Positions 19,878-29,305 of a stretch of DNA of 64,000 nt are shown piece by piece (within the stretch, counting starts at the first letter, position 1; each line of letters starts with the position of its first letter). The stretch covers positions 32,885 through 96,884 of IMG/VR virus record IMGVR_UViG_3300044712_000851. One strand, 5' to 3'. Origin of the DNA: a virus. Lineage: Duplodnaviria > Heunggongvirae > Uroviricota > Caudoviricetes. A program made the translations under genes and the position numbers. Below the pieces are notes generated by a model that did not search any database, was not told where the DNA came from, and saw only the letters and a program-made list of their open reading frames with translations.

Positions 19878-20248
19878 GCTATTACAGCTTCTTCTTTATT
19901 GAGATCCTTTGGTGAATCCAAAACGACCAAGTCTTCCATGATGATTTCAGTCTCTCTATGTTTTTGTCCCTCGGGTGTATCCCATTCACGAGTAGAAAGT
20001 CTTCCTTCAACATAAACCTTGCGTCCTTTTTGTAAAATTTTGCCACAGATTTCTGCAAGTTTCTGCCATGCTACAATTCTATGATATTCAGTACTTTCTT
20101 TTTCTTCACCGCTTTCTGTTCTCCAACTTCGATTGGTTGCTAAGGCAAAAGTACATCTCATTGTACCAGGAGAAGCTTCACGCATCTCTGGGTCTCTCAC
20201 TACGTTACCTATTAAGGTAACCTTATTCAAACTACCTTTACTTGACAT
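19874..20248 (-). CDS. ssb: single-stranded DNA-binding protein
   Basis: LNKVTLIGNVVRDPEMR...YHRIVAWQKLAEIC...KGRKVYVEGRL, a bacterial SSB OB-fold pattern. Confidence 0.8.
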   Translation of the reverse strand: MSSKGSLNKVTLIGNVVRDPEMREASPGTMRCTFALATNRSWRTESGEEKESTEYHRIVAWQKLAEICGKILQKGRKVYVEGRLSTREWDTPEGQKHRETEIIMEDLVVLDSPKDLNKEEAVIA

Positions 20249-20270
20249 TATATTAACATTTCACCTCCAT

Positions 20271-20462
20271 CTAATTATCTTTTCCATAACTGCCAGTTAG
20301 TATAAACTTGATATGTTTACACTCGCGTCCACGATACATGGAGTCGGGGCAGTTGCAAATTAAGAATTTGGAGATGGGATATACTCGATACACTCGCCCT
20401 TTTTTTGATTGGGAGTGCACATATATGAAAGTTTTCTTTTTATCTGATACGATGGGCAGCAT
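20271..20462 (-). CDS. SWIM-type zinc-finger small protein
   Basis: CNCPDSMYRGRECKH fits CxCx10CxH. Confidence 0.4.
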   Translation of the reverse strand: MLPIVSDKKKTFIYVHSQSKKGRVYRVYPISKFLICNCPDSMYRGRECKHIKFILTGSYGKDN

Positions 20463-20508
20463 TGTATAGTTTGATATAGTTATATCAGGTTTGTTCTATA
20501 AATGCAAA

Positions 20509-21147
20509 TCAGATCATTTCACGCACACTGAAGCGATTTCCGATGAAGTATCTCTTTTTTTCTTCGTTTAGGAATGATCCTACAGCAGTCCCCGCAACAC
20601 CAGCCACAGTTTTAATAAAACTAGCAGCACCTTGCATCTCACAAATGTCTACTGGATTCTTTGAGTCTTCTGGAACTTCGTAGTTCTCTGCCCATGATAT
20701 TTCGAAAGTCATTTTAGGAGAGAAACCACAATGTAAAAGGGAAAACACATCAGTTAGATTATTTTTTTCTAATTCGACCTTACCAATCTTTGTTTTGACA
20801 AACTCTACTCCGTTCCACAACTTTTGTATTAAAGCTCTAGACGCTTGATTGTCAAAACAATCTATTACTAAATTATAATCACCAAAAGTAGAGTGACCGC
20901 TAAACTGTTCATTTCTGGTCTTTATTTCTTTTCCAAACCACTGATAGATGTTATATTGAAGTGCATCGACCTTAAACTGACCTATTTGATTAGGCATGTA
21001 AAACTGGGTTCCAGCCTGAACGTTACGCTCTTCTATTTTATCAAAATCAAGCACAGTAATATCGACCTCATTTCTGAAGTCTGAAGCTAAGTTGGCGGTT
21101 AAGTTACTACCCAACGCCCCCGCACCAAGAATCAATACTCTTTTCAT
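20509..21147 (-). CDS. ThiF/MoeB/E1-like adenylyltransferase (E1-like, first copy)
   Basis: VLILGAGALGSNLTANLA Rossmann glycine loop, DFDKIEERNV. Confidence 0.55.
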   Translation of the reverse strand: MKRVLILGAGALGSNLTANLASDFRNEVDITVLDFDKIEERNVQAGTQFYMPNQIGQFKVDALQYNIYQWFGKEIKTRNEQFSGHSTFGDYNLVIDCFDNQASRALIQKLWNGVEFVKTKIGKVELEKNNLTDVFSLLHCGFSPKMTFEISWAENYEVPEDSKNPVDICEMQGAASFIKTVAGVAGTAVGSFLNEEKKRYFIGNRFSVREMI

Positions 21148-21350
21148 TTTTTGCTTTGGTCTTTCATTTCACTAAGAATTGCCTTTAATAACTCTACGGT
21201 TTCTTTTGCTTCATCTTGTGATAAAAACAACCCTGATGAACAAAAGTCTGTACTTCTGACATAAATATCTCCATCCTGCTCAAGTGTAGCTTTCATTCTT
21301 TTGCCAGTAGCTTCTATTTTGTCGTATCTTTTTTTTCTATTTAGTATCAT
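21144..21350 (-). CDS. hypothetical protein
   Basis: ORF overlapping both neighbours. Confidence 0.35.
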   Translation of the reverse strand: MILNRKKRYDKIEATGKRMKATLEQDGDIYVRSTDFCSSGLFLSQDEAKETVELLKAILSEMKDQSKK

Positions 21351-21805
21351 ATTCTTTTAATCCACCCCGTTTCATTGTGATATTTACCATTATAGTAAAT
21401 ATACTTTTTAAAAACACCCAATTTTTCATATCCGTGTTTTTTGAGAAATGACTCCATTGGAGGGTTTTCAATGGTAAATGCCGTTATCATCCTTACTGGC
21501 CAGTTCTGTTTGGCATATTTCTCAAGAAAACTAATTAGTTCTGAACCATATCCCTGCTTTCTGTGCTGGGTTTTAATGTAGGTAGCTCCTATTCTAGCCT
21601 CAGATGGAATACTCAGAAAATCAAGTTGTCCAAATCCTAAGAGATTGTCGCCCTCCTCAATGACAAAGATAACATTCCACCTACCGTGTTCAAATTCTAA
21701 AAGACTTCCCCCACTATGAGCTAAGACCCTACTTCCCCACTCATCGTGGAGTAATATGTCTCTAAACTCTTCTGCATCTTTTTTGGTTAAATATCTTATT
21801 TTCAC
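21347..21805 (-). CDS. GNAT family N-acetyltransferase
   Basis: HRKQGYGSELISF is the acetyl-CoA-binding motif A. Confidence 0.6.
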   Translation of the reverse strand: MKIRYLTKKDAEEFRDILLHDEWGSRVLAHSGGSLLEFEHGRWNVIFVIEEGDNLLGFGQLDFLSIPSEARIGATYIKTQHRKQGYGSELISFLEKYAKQNWPVRMITAFTIENPPMESFLKKHGYEKLGVFKKYIYYNGKYHNETGWIKRI

Positions 21806-22008
21806 TTTAATGTTTTGGTTGCCATATCTACACTTGATGTTTCTCTCTTTTCAAACTCTTCTAATTTAAGTTTTCCACTCTCCCATCTCAACTTATCACA
21901 ATCCCAACAAGTATTAAAAAGCCTAATGTACATTCTATCCGACAAACTAAATGGTTGATTGTTACAGTCAGGACATTCTAATAAATTCATTCTCCGTATT
22001 CCCCGCAA
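21802..22008 (-). CDS. zinc-ribbon small protein
   Basis: CPDCNN...CWDCD. Confidence 0.35.
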   Translation of the reverse strand: MRGIRRMNLLECPDCNNQPFSLSDRMYIRLFNTCWDCDKLRWESGKLKLEEFEKRETSSVDMATKTLK

Positions 22009-22367
22009 ACAGCATTATACACCGCTGTCAAGTGGTCTTCAATCTCATCTGTAGATAATCCCTTATCTTGCAAAAAATAGGCTTGTGATACAAATACATC
22101 TTCGTCGGAAGATTTCCACCACTCATTTGGTTGGGGAATTTTTTTGACAATCTGTTCAAGATTTTTATCAACTTTGTATGCAGTCACGACCACAAAGATA
22201 TCGTCAGCCTCAGAATATACCACTCTAAGTCCCTTGTATTCTTTAGCTTTTTTACCATCTCTCCAAGATACGGGAGTTCCAACCTGAACAACTATCTCGA
22301 CGTCTTTAACGTCAATTCCTCTTTCTTTAATCCGATCCTCAGCATGTTTAGTTAAATTGACTATCAT
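21987..22367 (-). CDS. hypothetical protein
   Basis: 126-aa ORF within the operon. Confidence 0.4.
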   Translation of the reverse strand: MIVNLTKHAEDRIKERGIDVKDVEIVVQVGTPVSWRDGKKAKEYKGLRVVYSEADDIFVVVTAYKVDKNLEQIVKKIPQPNEWWKSSDEDVFVSQAYFLQDKGLSTDEIEDHLTAVYNAVCGEYGE

Positions 22368-22600
22368 TCATGTACTTTTTTACCTACCACCATTCTCATT
22401 AAATTTTCTCTCTCACCAGCTTTTGCCATTTCAGCATGAAAGTCTACATTAAAGTTATTAAAAAGACTGTAATCTCTAGCCATACACCCCGCTAAACCTA
22501 CCCAGCAAACAGTACACAATCCAATTTTTCCCATTCTTCCCATATCCAAATTAACATAGGGTACAGCTCCACACCTAGCACAGGCAGTTAGTAAATCCAT
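22364..22600 (-). CDS. hypothetical Cys-containing protein
   Basis: 78-aa ORF. Confidence 0.35.
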   Translation of the reverse strand: MDLLTACARCGAVPYVNLDMGRMGKIGLCTVCWVGLAGCMARDYSLFNNFNVDFHAEMAKAGERENLMRMVVGKKVHE

Positions 22601-23163
22601 TATTTTTTAATTAAACTTTTCATTCTATAAATAAGTTCCCTTGTGGCTCTAATATCTTCCATTGAATCGTGTGCTCCAAATTCAATTCCGAACTGTTGAC
22701 AAAGGGTAATGAGCTTGGTATCTGGGACTTCCAACATTCCAGAATAGATCAGAAAATTGGCAATGAATCTACTGTCTATACATCTCCAATTCTGCCAACT
22801 ACCAAAGTAGTCATCCCCGCGACGCTTAAAGAATTCGGCGAGGAAATCAATATCAAACCCTACGTTCTGTCCAGCGGGATAAAATTTATCGTTCTTATCA
22901 AATTTGTCTATGTAAGTTTCAAAGATTCCTATTATGTCCTTATATACCTGTTCTGGTCTTTCAAAAGTTTTAAGTTCGTCTATGGTAATACCGTTAACCA
23001 GCAGGGCTTCTGGATCTATATCTTCAAAGCTGTCTGGTTGTACACGAAAGTCGAACTCCTCTTTAATTTCTCCATCAATCTCCACAATTCCAGAAAGCTG
23101 AATAATACTATGTTTTCTGGGGTCTGTACCAGTTGTCTCCACATCAAAATATAATATTTTCAT
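22600..23163 (-). CDS. DnaQ-like 3'-5' exonuclease (DEDDh)
   Basis: Exo I FDVETTG, Exo II GQNVGFDIDFL, Exo III HDSMEDIRAT; start chosen at MKILYF. Confidence 0.7.
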   Translation of the reverse strand: MKILYFDVETTGTDPRKHSIIQLSGIVEIDGEIKEEFDFRVQPDSFEDIDPEALLVNGITIDELKTFERPEQVYKDIIGIFETYIDKFDKNDKFYPAGQNVGFDIDFLAEFFKRRGDDYFGSWQNWRCIDSRFIANFLIYSGMLEVPDTKLITLCQQFGIEFGAHDSMEDIRATRELIYRMKSLIKK

Positions 23164-23378
23164 TTTGGCTCGATACAAACTTTCCAACTATCAAAAACTC
23201 TTTTAGTCACTTGCAATATTAATTTATATTTAATAGGTCTCAATTTTCCAGTAAAGACATCATTCCAATATTCCTCTTCTTCGCTATCTTTATAAGCCCT
23301 CCTTGTCATTTCATAACAAATTTCACATTGCATTGTGTGACCGTCATTTTTAAGTATCTTTGTTTCTAGTTTAGCCAT
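23160..23378 (-). CDS. hypothetical small protein
   Basis: 72-aa ORF. Confidence 0.3.
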   Translation of the reverse strand: MAKLETKILKNDGHTMQCEICYEMTRRAYKDSEEEEYWNDVFTGKLRPIKYKLILQVTKRVFDSWKVCIEPK

Positions 23379-23379
23379 A

Positions 23380-23703
23380 TTAAGAAAAGTAATTTGCCAT
23401 GTCTTTCCAGTTAGTAAATCTTATTGCTCTGTCATCTATATAGGCAATTGCGGGGGGTTTAGTATTTGTTACTTCTAATTCTAAATCCATTTTGATCAGC
23501 CACTCGCGAACATCGTCAAGGTTTTCTCTAGCAGTGAAAATAACTACATTGAACCCCTTTGCCTTTAGACCATCAATAACTTCTTTACAATCTTCCTTTA
23601 GCGTCCCATAGATAGATCCCCCATTCCACCCTTTTTCATACGAATGGACGACTCCATCAAAGTCGACTGCTATTGTTTTAACATGTCTAAAGTTTTTACT
23701 CAT
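23380..23703 (-). CDS. HAD-like phosphatase, small
   Basis: IAVDFDGVV is HAD motif I (DxDG). Confidence 0.4.
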   Translation of the reverse strand: MSKNFRHVKTIAVDFDGVVHSYEKGWNGGSIYGTLKEDCKEVIDGLKAKGFNVVIFTARENLDDVREWLIKMDLELEVTNTKPPAIAYIDDRAIRFTNWKDMANYFS

Positions 23704-23704
23704 T

Positions 23705-24415
23705 TTAAAATAATGGGTTGTTTGTCACAGTGTGACCATAGCTTCTTAAAATTTCTGATGCAACACTGGTTTGATATATACCACCATATCCCTCATATCC
23801 ATATTTCATTGCCCTGTCTATAATACCGTCTCCGTCAATTTCTTCCTCGTCTAGTAGATAAGGCAATGGATCTCTATCTATTAGAGAAAGAATGTCTTTC
23901 ATTTTTGCAATAGCCTTATCCGCCTCACTTTTGACGAATTCATGAGAGTGTTTGACAAAGGCATCGTTGGTGACAATACCTATACCCACCACAGGAATTC
24001 CTAGCCTGTTAGCAGAAATTACCTCAGGAGTCATACTCATTCCAACTACATCAGCTCCCAGCATTCTAAGGGCTTGTTTGTCGGCAAATGTTTCGTAGTG
24101 TGGACCTCTCATAAACACATGGATAGCTTCTTTTTTAATATACTTTCTGGCTTTTTCTGTAAGGTTTTTATCAAATGGTTGAGAGAGATCAATAAAACTA
24201 GGTCCGTTCCAAGTTGATTTGTAGAAGAGAGTTATAAGATCTGTAATTAATACAGCGTCACCAACGGTCAAGCGAGGGTTAAGAGATCCAACCGCGGAGA
24301 CAACAACTAATCTTTTTGCACGTTTAATATCTTCAACAATATCTATTTCTGAAGCTCCCTCATAAATGTGTTGTCTTTTAATTCCGTCTGTTTCAATTGT
24401 TCCTGAATAAATCAT
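23705..24415 (-). CDS. purine nucleoside phosphorylase/MTA phosphorylase family (PNP_UDP_1)
   Basis: GADVVGMSMTPEVISA...GIVTNDA closely matches the GADAVGMSTVPEVIVA...SLITNK of trimeric PNPs. Confidence 0.75.
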   Translation of the reverse strand: MIYSGTIETDGIKRQHIYEGASEIDIVEDIKRAKRLVVVSAVGSLNPRLTVGDAVLITDLITLFYKSTWNGPSFIDLSQPFDKNLTEKARKYIKKEAIHVFMRGPHYETFADKQALRMLGADVVGMSMTPEVISANRLGIPVVGIGIVTNDAFVKHSHEFVKSEADKAIAKMKDILSLIDRDPLPYLLDEEEIDGDGIIDRAMKYGYEGYGGIYQTSVASEILRSYGHTVTNNPLF

Positions 24416-24882
24416 AGTATATAAGATTTTTGTATTAATATATTTCTGTAATCAAACACCTCTGGTCCGTTAAGATCTTTGGTATCTATAAAGTTTTCGC
24501 CAACTTGTATTTTAGTAAATATTCTCTTGGCTTCGGGATCTAGCTCTTTTCTTTCAAGCCACTTGTCCTTACTTTCCCAATATCCCATAAAAATAGTTTC
24601 TTGGAAGTAATCGGTAAAGATCTCTGTAATCGTGCACATTCGTGCAGGGAAAGGATACATCCAAAGAGCTTGAGCCTTTAAAGTAGAGATATCCTCACCA
24701 CTAAGTTGCGTCATTCCAGGTGGGTGAGTGTGGGCAAGGAGAAAAGCTGATCCAGGTGATTTCTTGTGAAGTAAGTAAAGTAAATCTTGCGGAAAGACAA
24801 CCATTCCAGGATTGCCCTCGATTATGTTAATCAAATTTCCATCCCGATCCACAATAGCTCCGTACTCTGATATATACTTCAT
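24412..24882 (-). CDS. JAB/MPN (JAMM) metalloprotease domain protein (second JAB)
   Basis: HTHPPGMTQLSGED equals HxHx7Sx2D. Confidence 0.6.
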   Translation of the reverse strand: MKYISEYGAIVDRDGNLINIIEGNPGMVVFPQDLLYLLHKKSPGSAFLLAHTHPPGMTQLSGEDISTLKAQALWMYPFPARMCTITEIFTDYFQETIFMGYWESKDKWLERKELDPEAKRIFTKIQVGENFIDTKDLNGPEVFDYRNILIQKSYIL

Positions 24883-24899
24883 AATATGATACTAACGTC

Positions 24900-25106
24900 T
24901 TATTCTTCCTTTGTCAAGGCTCTTTTCTTCAAGGAATTTAATCCAGGCACAAAATAGTGAGAAAGAACTCTTAGACAGATTCTGACTAGAGACAACAAAT
25001 ATTTTCTTGGAATACTTGTAGTCGTTCCGTTTTCGTTTGTTATTTCCAATCTCTGAGCTTCTTCCATCCACTCAAAGTTGGCATATTTAAGGTTTGATTT
25101 TATCAT
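24900..25106 (-). CDS. hypothetical protein
   Basis: ORF. Confidence 0.3.
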   Translation of the reverse strand: MIKSNLKYANFEWMEEAQRLEITNENGTTTSIPRKYLLSLVRICLRVLSHYFVPGLNSLKKRALTKEE

Positions 25107-25377
25107 CTTTTTTCACCGCCTCTTCTTTTTTCTCGATTTTAGGAGCAATATACCATGTCCCTCGTGTATCTTTTTTGATTTCATTCAAAAGTTTGACACA
25201 GGCTTCTAATTCCTCAAGAGAAGAAAGGTTGATTGTTCCCCCTAATTTAGATTCAATAGATGCTGAAACAATCAATTTTCCACTTGAATTGGATTTATAT
25301 TTACCCACCAAACCAAAATCTGAATCTTGAATAAAATGTGTTGCTTCAATTAAGCTTGTCTTTCTATAGTTTGTCAT
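25087..25377 (-). CDS. hypothetical protein
   Basis: ORF. Confidence 0.35.
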   Translation of the reverse strand: MTNYRKTSLIEATHFIQDSDFGLVGKYKSNSSGKLIVSASIESKLGGTINLSSLEELEACVKLLNEIKKDTRGTWYIAPKIEKKEEAVKKDDKIKP

Positions 25378-25391
25378 ATAAAAGTCACCCC

Positions 25392-25649
25392 CTATTTACA
25401 AGAAAACTGGGGCTCTACCCCGTGTCCGCTTATATATTCGTATTGAAAATTTAACACACCGTTTGGACAGACTTTGAAAGCCGCCTCGGTGTCTCTTTCG
25501 TGGTCGTTCTTTTTGCAGACCTCTATTTCTTTCATCTCTTTATAAATTGTTGGAGCTTTAGATCTACCCAAGAAAAAAGCACCAACTATGATAGCTATTA
25601 ATAATATAAAAGTTGAAATCTTGTGTGCGTTTCGATGTTCGTATGTCAT
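25392..25649 (-). CDS. small membrane protein
   Basis: One transmembrane helix (ILLIAIIVGAFFLG). Confidence 0.4.
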   Translation of the reverse strand: MTYEHRNAHKISTFILLIAIIVGAFFLGRSKAPTIYKEMKEIEVCKKNDHERDTEAAFKVCPNGVLNFQYEYISGHGVEPQFSCK

Positions 25650-25815
25650 ATAAATAATTTGATCAAACCATAAATAAAGAGTCCAAACAACAGTAACGGA
25701 ATTATGGATACAATTACACTAGCAACCACTAAGGCAACAACCACAACAAGCTTGGTCATTAATACCAATAAAAGTATAAAAGGCAACATAAATAATATTC
25801 CAAAAATTTTACTTT

Positions 25816-26670
25816 TCATGATCGTGTTATATAAAGTCCTCCATGCCCTACTCCGCCCTCTTCATAATAAGTCTGGGCAAGTTTAATAGCACTAGATAAA
25901 CTGTGTTCTTTGTCATAACCACTAGCACAGAACCCCAACTCAAGAATTTGCTGGTTGTCTTTTATAGTAGAGGTTATTTGTTGACCGTTTATCTTCCAGA
26001 TAACAACATAGTTTGACCCCTTTTTACTGAATCTTATTAACTGTCCACCTGCATCTTCAATAGTTTTTTGTAGATTACCAGCAAATGTGGCTCTGAACTC
26101 CTGTATTCGCTTCTGACGCTCCTCTTCTGCCAACTTAAGTGTCTCTAGCTCTTTAGCGGCACGGAACGCGTCACGTTGCAAACTGTGCAGTAGAAACACA
26201 TATCTAATCTCTGGTGTCACTCCCCGAATGCCCTCTAGGGGTTTTTCGTTTTCGTAAGCCTCTTTTACTTGATTTATAACCGTTCTAGACGCCTTTGGGT
26301 CAGAACCACAAGAATAATAGTGACTGTCATCCCACTGAATAAAGCGGACAATATCCCAAGGGTTTTCATTCATAAAAGAGACATGGATTGTTTCTCCAAA
26401 ACCTCGTCTAAAAAACATATCAAAATTGAAAGGAACTACATCCTCTCCCATTGGGTAGCCAACAAAAGTTTTCTGTCCTTCCTGTGCTTTGAGTATTTCT
26501 AAAGGAGTTGCTTTTCTCAAAATCTGCCACCTATTTCCCAGTTTCAAACGATACCAGCCATCTTCTTCATTGGTCTCTATTAAACGACCCAACGTACGAC
26601 AAACTCCATTCAAAACTGGAGCAGTTACTTCTTTTTCTTGTGTAAATCTTTTAAGGTTTATTTCTGCCAT
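25816..26670 (-). CDS. hypothetical protein, last gene of the Ubl operon
   Basis: 284-aa ORF, same strand, 160 nt after the JAB gene. Confidence 0.5.
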   Translation of the reverse strand: MAEINLKRFTQEKEVTAPVLNGVCRTLGRLIETNEEDGWYRLKLGNRWQILRKATPLEILKAQEGQKTFVGYPMGEDVVPFNFDMFFRRGFGETIHVSFMNENPWDIVRFIQWDDSHYYSCGSDPKASRTVINQVKEAYENEKPLEGIRGVTPEIRYVFLLHSLQRDAFRAAKELETLKLAEEERQKRIQEFRATFAGNLQKTIEDAGGQLIRFSKKGSNYVVIWKINGQQITSTIKDNQQILELGFCASGYDKEHSLSSAIKLAQTYYEEGGVGHGGLYITRS

Positions 26671-26833
26671 TTTTGTTAATTTTTTCTATAACTTCATTTA
26701 GTTTATCCCTTAATAATAATAGCTTATCTTCTTCAGAATTTCCAGATGCTAAAACAAAAGAACCTTTGGAATTTAATGTCCACCAATCCCAACCAGTTAG
26801 TTCATCTACATCAATTTTTGCTATTTTTGTCAT
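26651..26833 (-). CDS. hypothetical small protein
   Basis: Overlaps both neighbours. Confidence 0.3.
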   Translation of the reverse strand: MTKIAKIDVDELTGWDWWTLNSKGSFVLASGNSEEDKLLLLRDKLNEVIEKINKNGRNKP

Positions 26834-27504
26834 TTGTCTGGTTCAATATCTATCGGAATAGGCTGATCCTCTGTCGGTGGCCAATGATATCCTCCTTTTT
26901 TCCCAATTGGCAAGGAAAGAACCGACGGTTGATAGGGCGGTGGAAATATATCCGTTGGGTCTGGTTCTATTGCTTCTTTTTTTTTACCAGCAGGTCCCTC
27001 AACCCGCACTTTTTCTACTATGTCTTTAAAAACTTCATCTTCTATTTGGGCATCATCATACAATATTTCGTAAGGGATATTCTCGACAGTAATACGAAGT
27101 GGCTTAAAGACATCACACCTAAATACCATATCACCCGCGTGATTAGTGACGAGACTTAGTGACCAGTTATCTTTTTCATTTTCGGTATCTGAATCCTCTA
27201 TGGTAGCTTCATCTGTTGTAGACCAAAAAGCTTCCATGGTGTTGTGAGAATGCCACCAAAGTCTCCACATGGAAATATCCTCATTTTGTTCCATAAGCTC
27301 GTTGTAAAATTTAGACTGAGACTTGTAATCCAAAATAACATTTCCACCAGAAACAACCTGTTCAAAAATCCTCAGATCCTCAATTGTAAATATCTCACCC
27401 TTTTCATCTCTTTTAATTTTAGCCATACCACCAATCTCATGCTTTGTGGCAAGAGTATAGGCTCTAAGTTTTTGATATATTTTAACTGGGATCAGTATTT
27501 TCAT
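26830..27504 (-). CDS. JAB/MPN (JAMM) deubiquitinase-like metalloprotease
   Basis: WWHSHNTMEAFWSTTDE equals HxHx7Sx2D; conserved Glu upstream. Confidence 0.65.
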   Translation of the reverse strand: MKILIPVKIYQKLRAYTLATKHEIGGMAKIKRDEKGEIFTIEDLRIFEQVVSGGNVILDYKSQSKFYNELMEQNEDISMWRLWWHSHNTMEAFWSTTDEATIEDSDTENEKDNWSLSLVTNHAGDMVFRCDVFKPLRITVENIPYEILYDDAQIEDEVFKDIVEKVRVEGPAGKKKEAIEPDPTDIFPPPYQPSVLSLPIGKKGGYHWPPTEDQPIPIDIEPDK

Positions 27505-28993
27505 TGTTTTGGCTTTGAATTAATTCCGTTAATCTTTCCAAATTTCTTTCGGTCAAAACAGAATTTTCCGCAGGGATTGCTGACGCTTCCATTTGAGTTT
27601 CTTCTTGAACTTCAGATGCTTCGGGTCTGTCTAATGCCCACTCACCAGTGTTTGGAGAATATCTCAATCCATTTGCATCTAACCGTGATGGTTCTAGAAC
27701 ATCTCGTACATGGCTTCCCGCGGTATTACCACCTCCACCTCCATGTAAACCTCCACTAGCTCCGCCACCACCCATTGGCATTTCCTCTATCATCATTTCC
27801 CCAGCTACTTCACTATTTACTCTCGGTCGGTCACCATCAAAGTCTCTACGGTTGCAAGGAATTCTAGATATTTCGGTGCGTCCATTCATGTCAAAACTGC
27901 AAAATAATTTATAATCTCCACCTTCGTCATTTAACTCGATTCTTTGTATAGGTCTTCCCTCACCAATTTGCTGGATAAGTCTGACATAATAACTAACCGC
28001 AAAAGGCAACATTCCAGTTCCCCTTAAAAATTCAAAAGTATCCATATCGTTTCTTACTTCGTTGATTCGAGCTATGGTTCTACTCCAAGAAGCTATATAG
28101 GAATTAAGAGGGCTTACATAGGTGGCTGTGGAATAGACCATTTGTTCTGTTGCTTGTACAGATCTTTGCATTGCATCTAGAATAGATCGGTGGTCAAAAG
28201 TTGCTGAAACACCGTCAGATTCTTTAACTTTTTGTTCTTGCTCATATCTCTCAAAAGAGTAGTTAGGCTCTCTTGCCTTAGCTTTTGAACAAAACATACC
28301 CCACTTGGTATAACCAGCACCATCATGTGGGGAGCGGAGCAAATCTATAACATCCACAACTATTTCATAGAGATCTTGTTCTCTGTATTCTTGGTCTAGA
28401 TCCGCTTCAAGTTCTGAACCATAACAAAATCGACTATTTGAAATATTTGGATGATCATAACTACCATGATATCTATCTAGATTAACAGCACGAATTCCAG
28501 CGTGAATATCCCCAGCCTTAAGATCAATCATTATCTGAAAACGACCAGCATCTTTATCTTTTCTCCAGTCACTCCTAAGCGATTTAGGAAGTTTAATTGG
28601 CATGGTTGTAATGAAGATTCTTTTCTTTTTATCTACAGAGAATGCGGTTACGGCTTTTTGTCCGTCTATTTCGTAGTTTTTAATTTTAGTGATAACCCGC
28701 CTAAAACTGTCCAATACTTCTTGTTTGTTTTTGTTAATTATTTCTTTGTATTTTTTCTCTAGGCTACCACGAGTAACAGAAATAGTTTTTTGTCTTTTAG
28801 TGAGGTCTTCTAATCCTGAAGCAACCTGTTCCCATTCTTTTTTGTTTTTATCCAGTTTTTCTTTAATAACTTTCTTCTTGAGTTTGAGGAAACTAACTAA
28901 GGCTTCAGCAGCCATATCTTCCACAGAGAGGGTAGTCCCTTCGCGGGGACTGGCAGGAGAAACACTTGCATCGATTCTAGTTGAATTGTCCAT
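27482..28993 (-). CDS. E2-like (UBC-fold) conjugating-enzyme candidate with extra N- and C-terminal regions
   Basis: YDHPNISNSRFCYG (HPN then Cys 9 residues later) and a downstream IVVDVIDLLRSP resembling the E2 LL..PN helix. Confidence 0.4.
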   Translation of the reverse strand: MDNSTRIDASVSPASPREGTTLSVEDMAAEALVSFLKLKKKVIKEKLDKNKKEWEQVASGLEDLTKRQKTISVTRGSLEKKYKEIINKNKQEVLDSFRRVITKIKNYEIDGQKAVTAFSVDKKKRIFITTMPIKLPKSLRSDWRKDKDAGRFQIMIDLKAGDIHAGIRAVNLDRYHGSYDHPNISNSRFCYGSELEADLDQEYREQDLYEIVVDVIDLLRSPHDGAGYTKWGMFCSKAKAREPNYSFERYEQEQKVKESDGVSATFDHRSILDAMQRSVQATEQMVYSTATYVSPLNSYIASWSRTIARINEVRNDMDTFEFLRGTGMLPFAVSYYVRLIQQIGEGRPIQRIELNDEGGDYKLFCSFDMNGRTEISRIPCNRRDFDGDRPRVNSEVAGEMMIEEMPMGGGGASGGLHGGGGGNTAGSHVRDVLEPSRLDANGLRYSPNTGEWALDRPEASEVQEETQMEASAIPAENSVLTERNLERLTELIQSQNNENTDPS

Positions 28994-29050
28994 ATATCAC
29001 TTAAATACTAAATCTGAGGGGGTTAGCTAAAGCCCCCTCAGACACTAACC

Positions 29051-29287
29051 TTAACGCCCACCCTCAACATTTTTAGTGAGCAAAACTCTATCACCGTCTT
29101 CTAGCTCGTAATCCATTTCTGCATCCTCGCCGTTGACAGTTATTTCCTCGGTGGATTTTTTATTAACCCCAGCTGCTTCCAAGGCGTCCTGAACTGTGTG
29201 TCTGCCGTTGAGTGCGACCTCTTCGACTTTAGTACCAGTCCTCGCAACTTTAACTAGAATTCCTTCGTCTTTTCTTTTTCTTCCCAT
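29051..29287 (-). CDS. ubiquitin-like beta-grasp protein (ThiS/MoaD-like) ending ...VEGG-R
   Basis: ITVNGEDAEMDYELEDGDRVLLTKNVEGGR follows the ThiS/MoaD pattern, with a one-residue extension after Gly-Gly. Confidence 0.6.
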   Translation of the reverse strand: MGRKRKDEGILVKVARTGTKVEEVALNGRHTVQDALEAAGVNKKSTEEITVNGEDAEMDYELEDGDRVLLTKNVEGGR

Positions 29288-29305
29288 AAATACTCACCCC
29301 CATTC

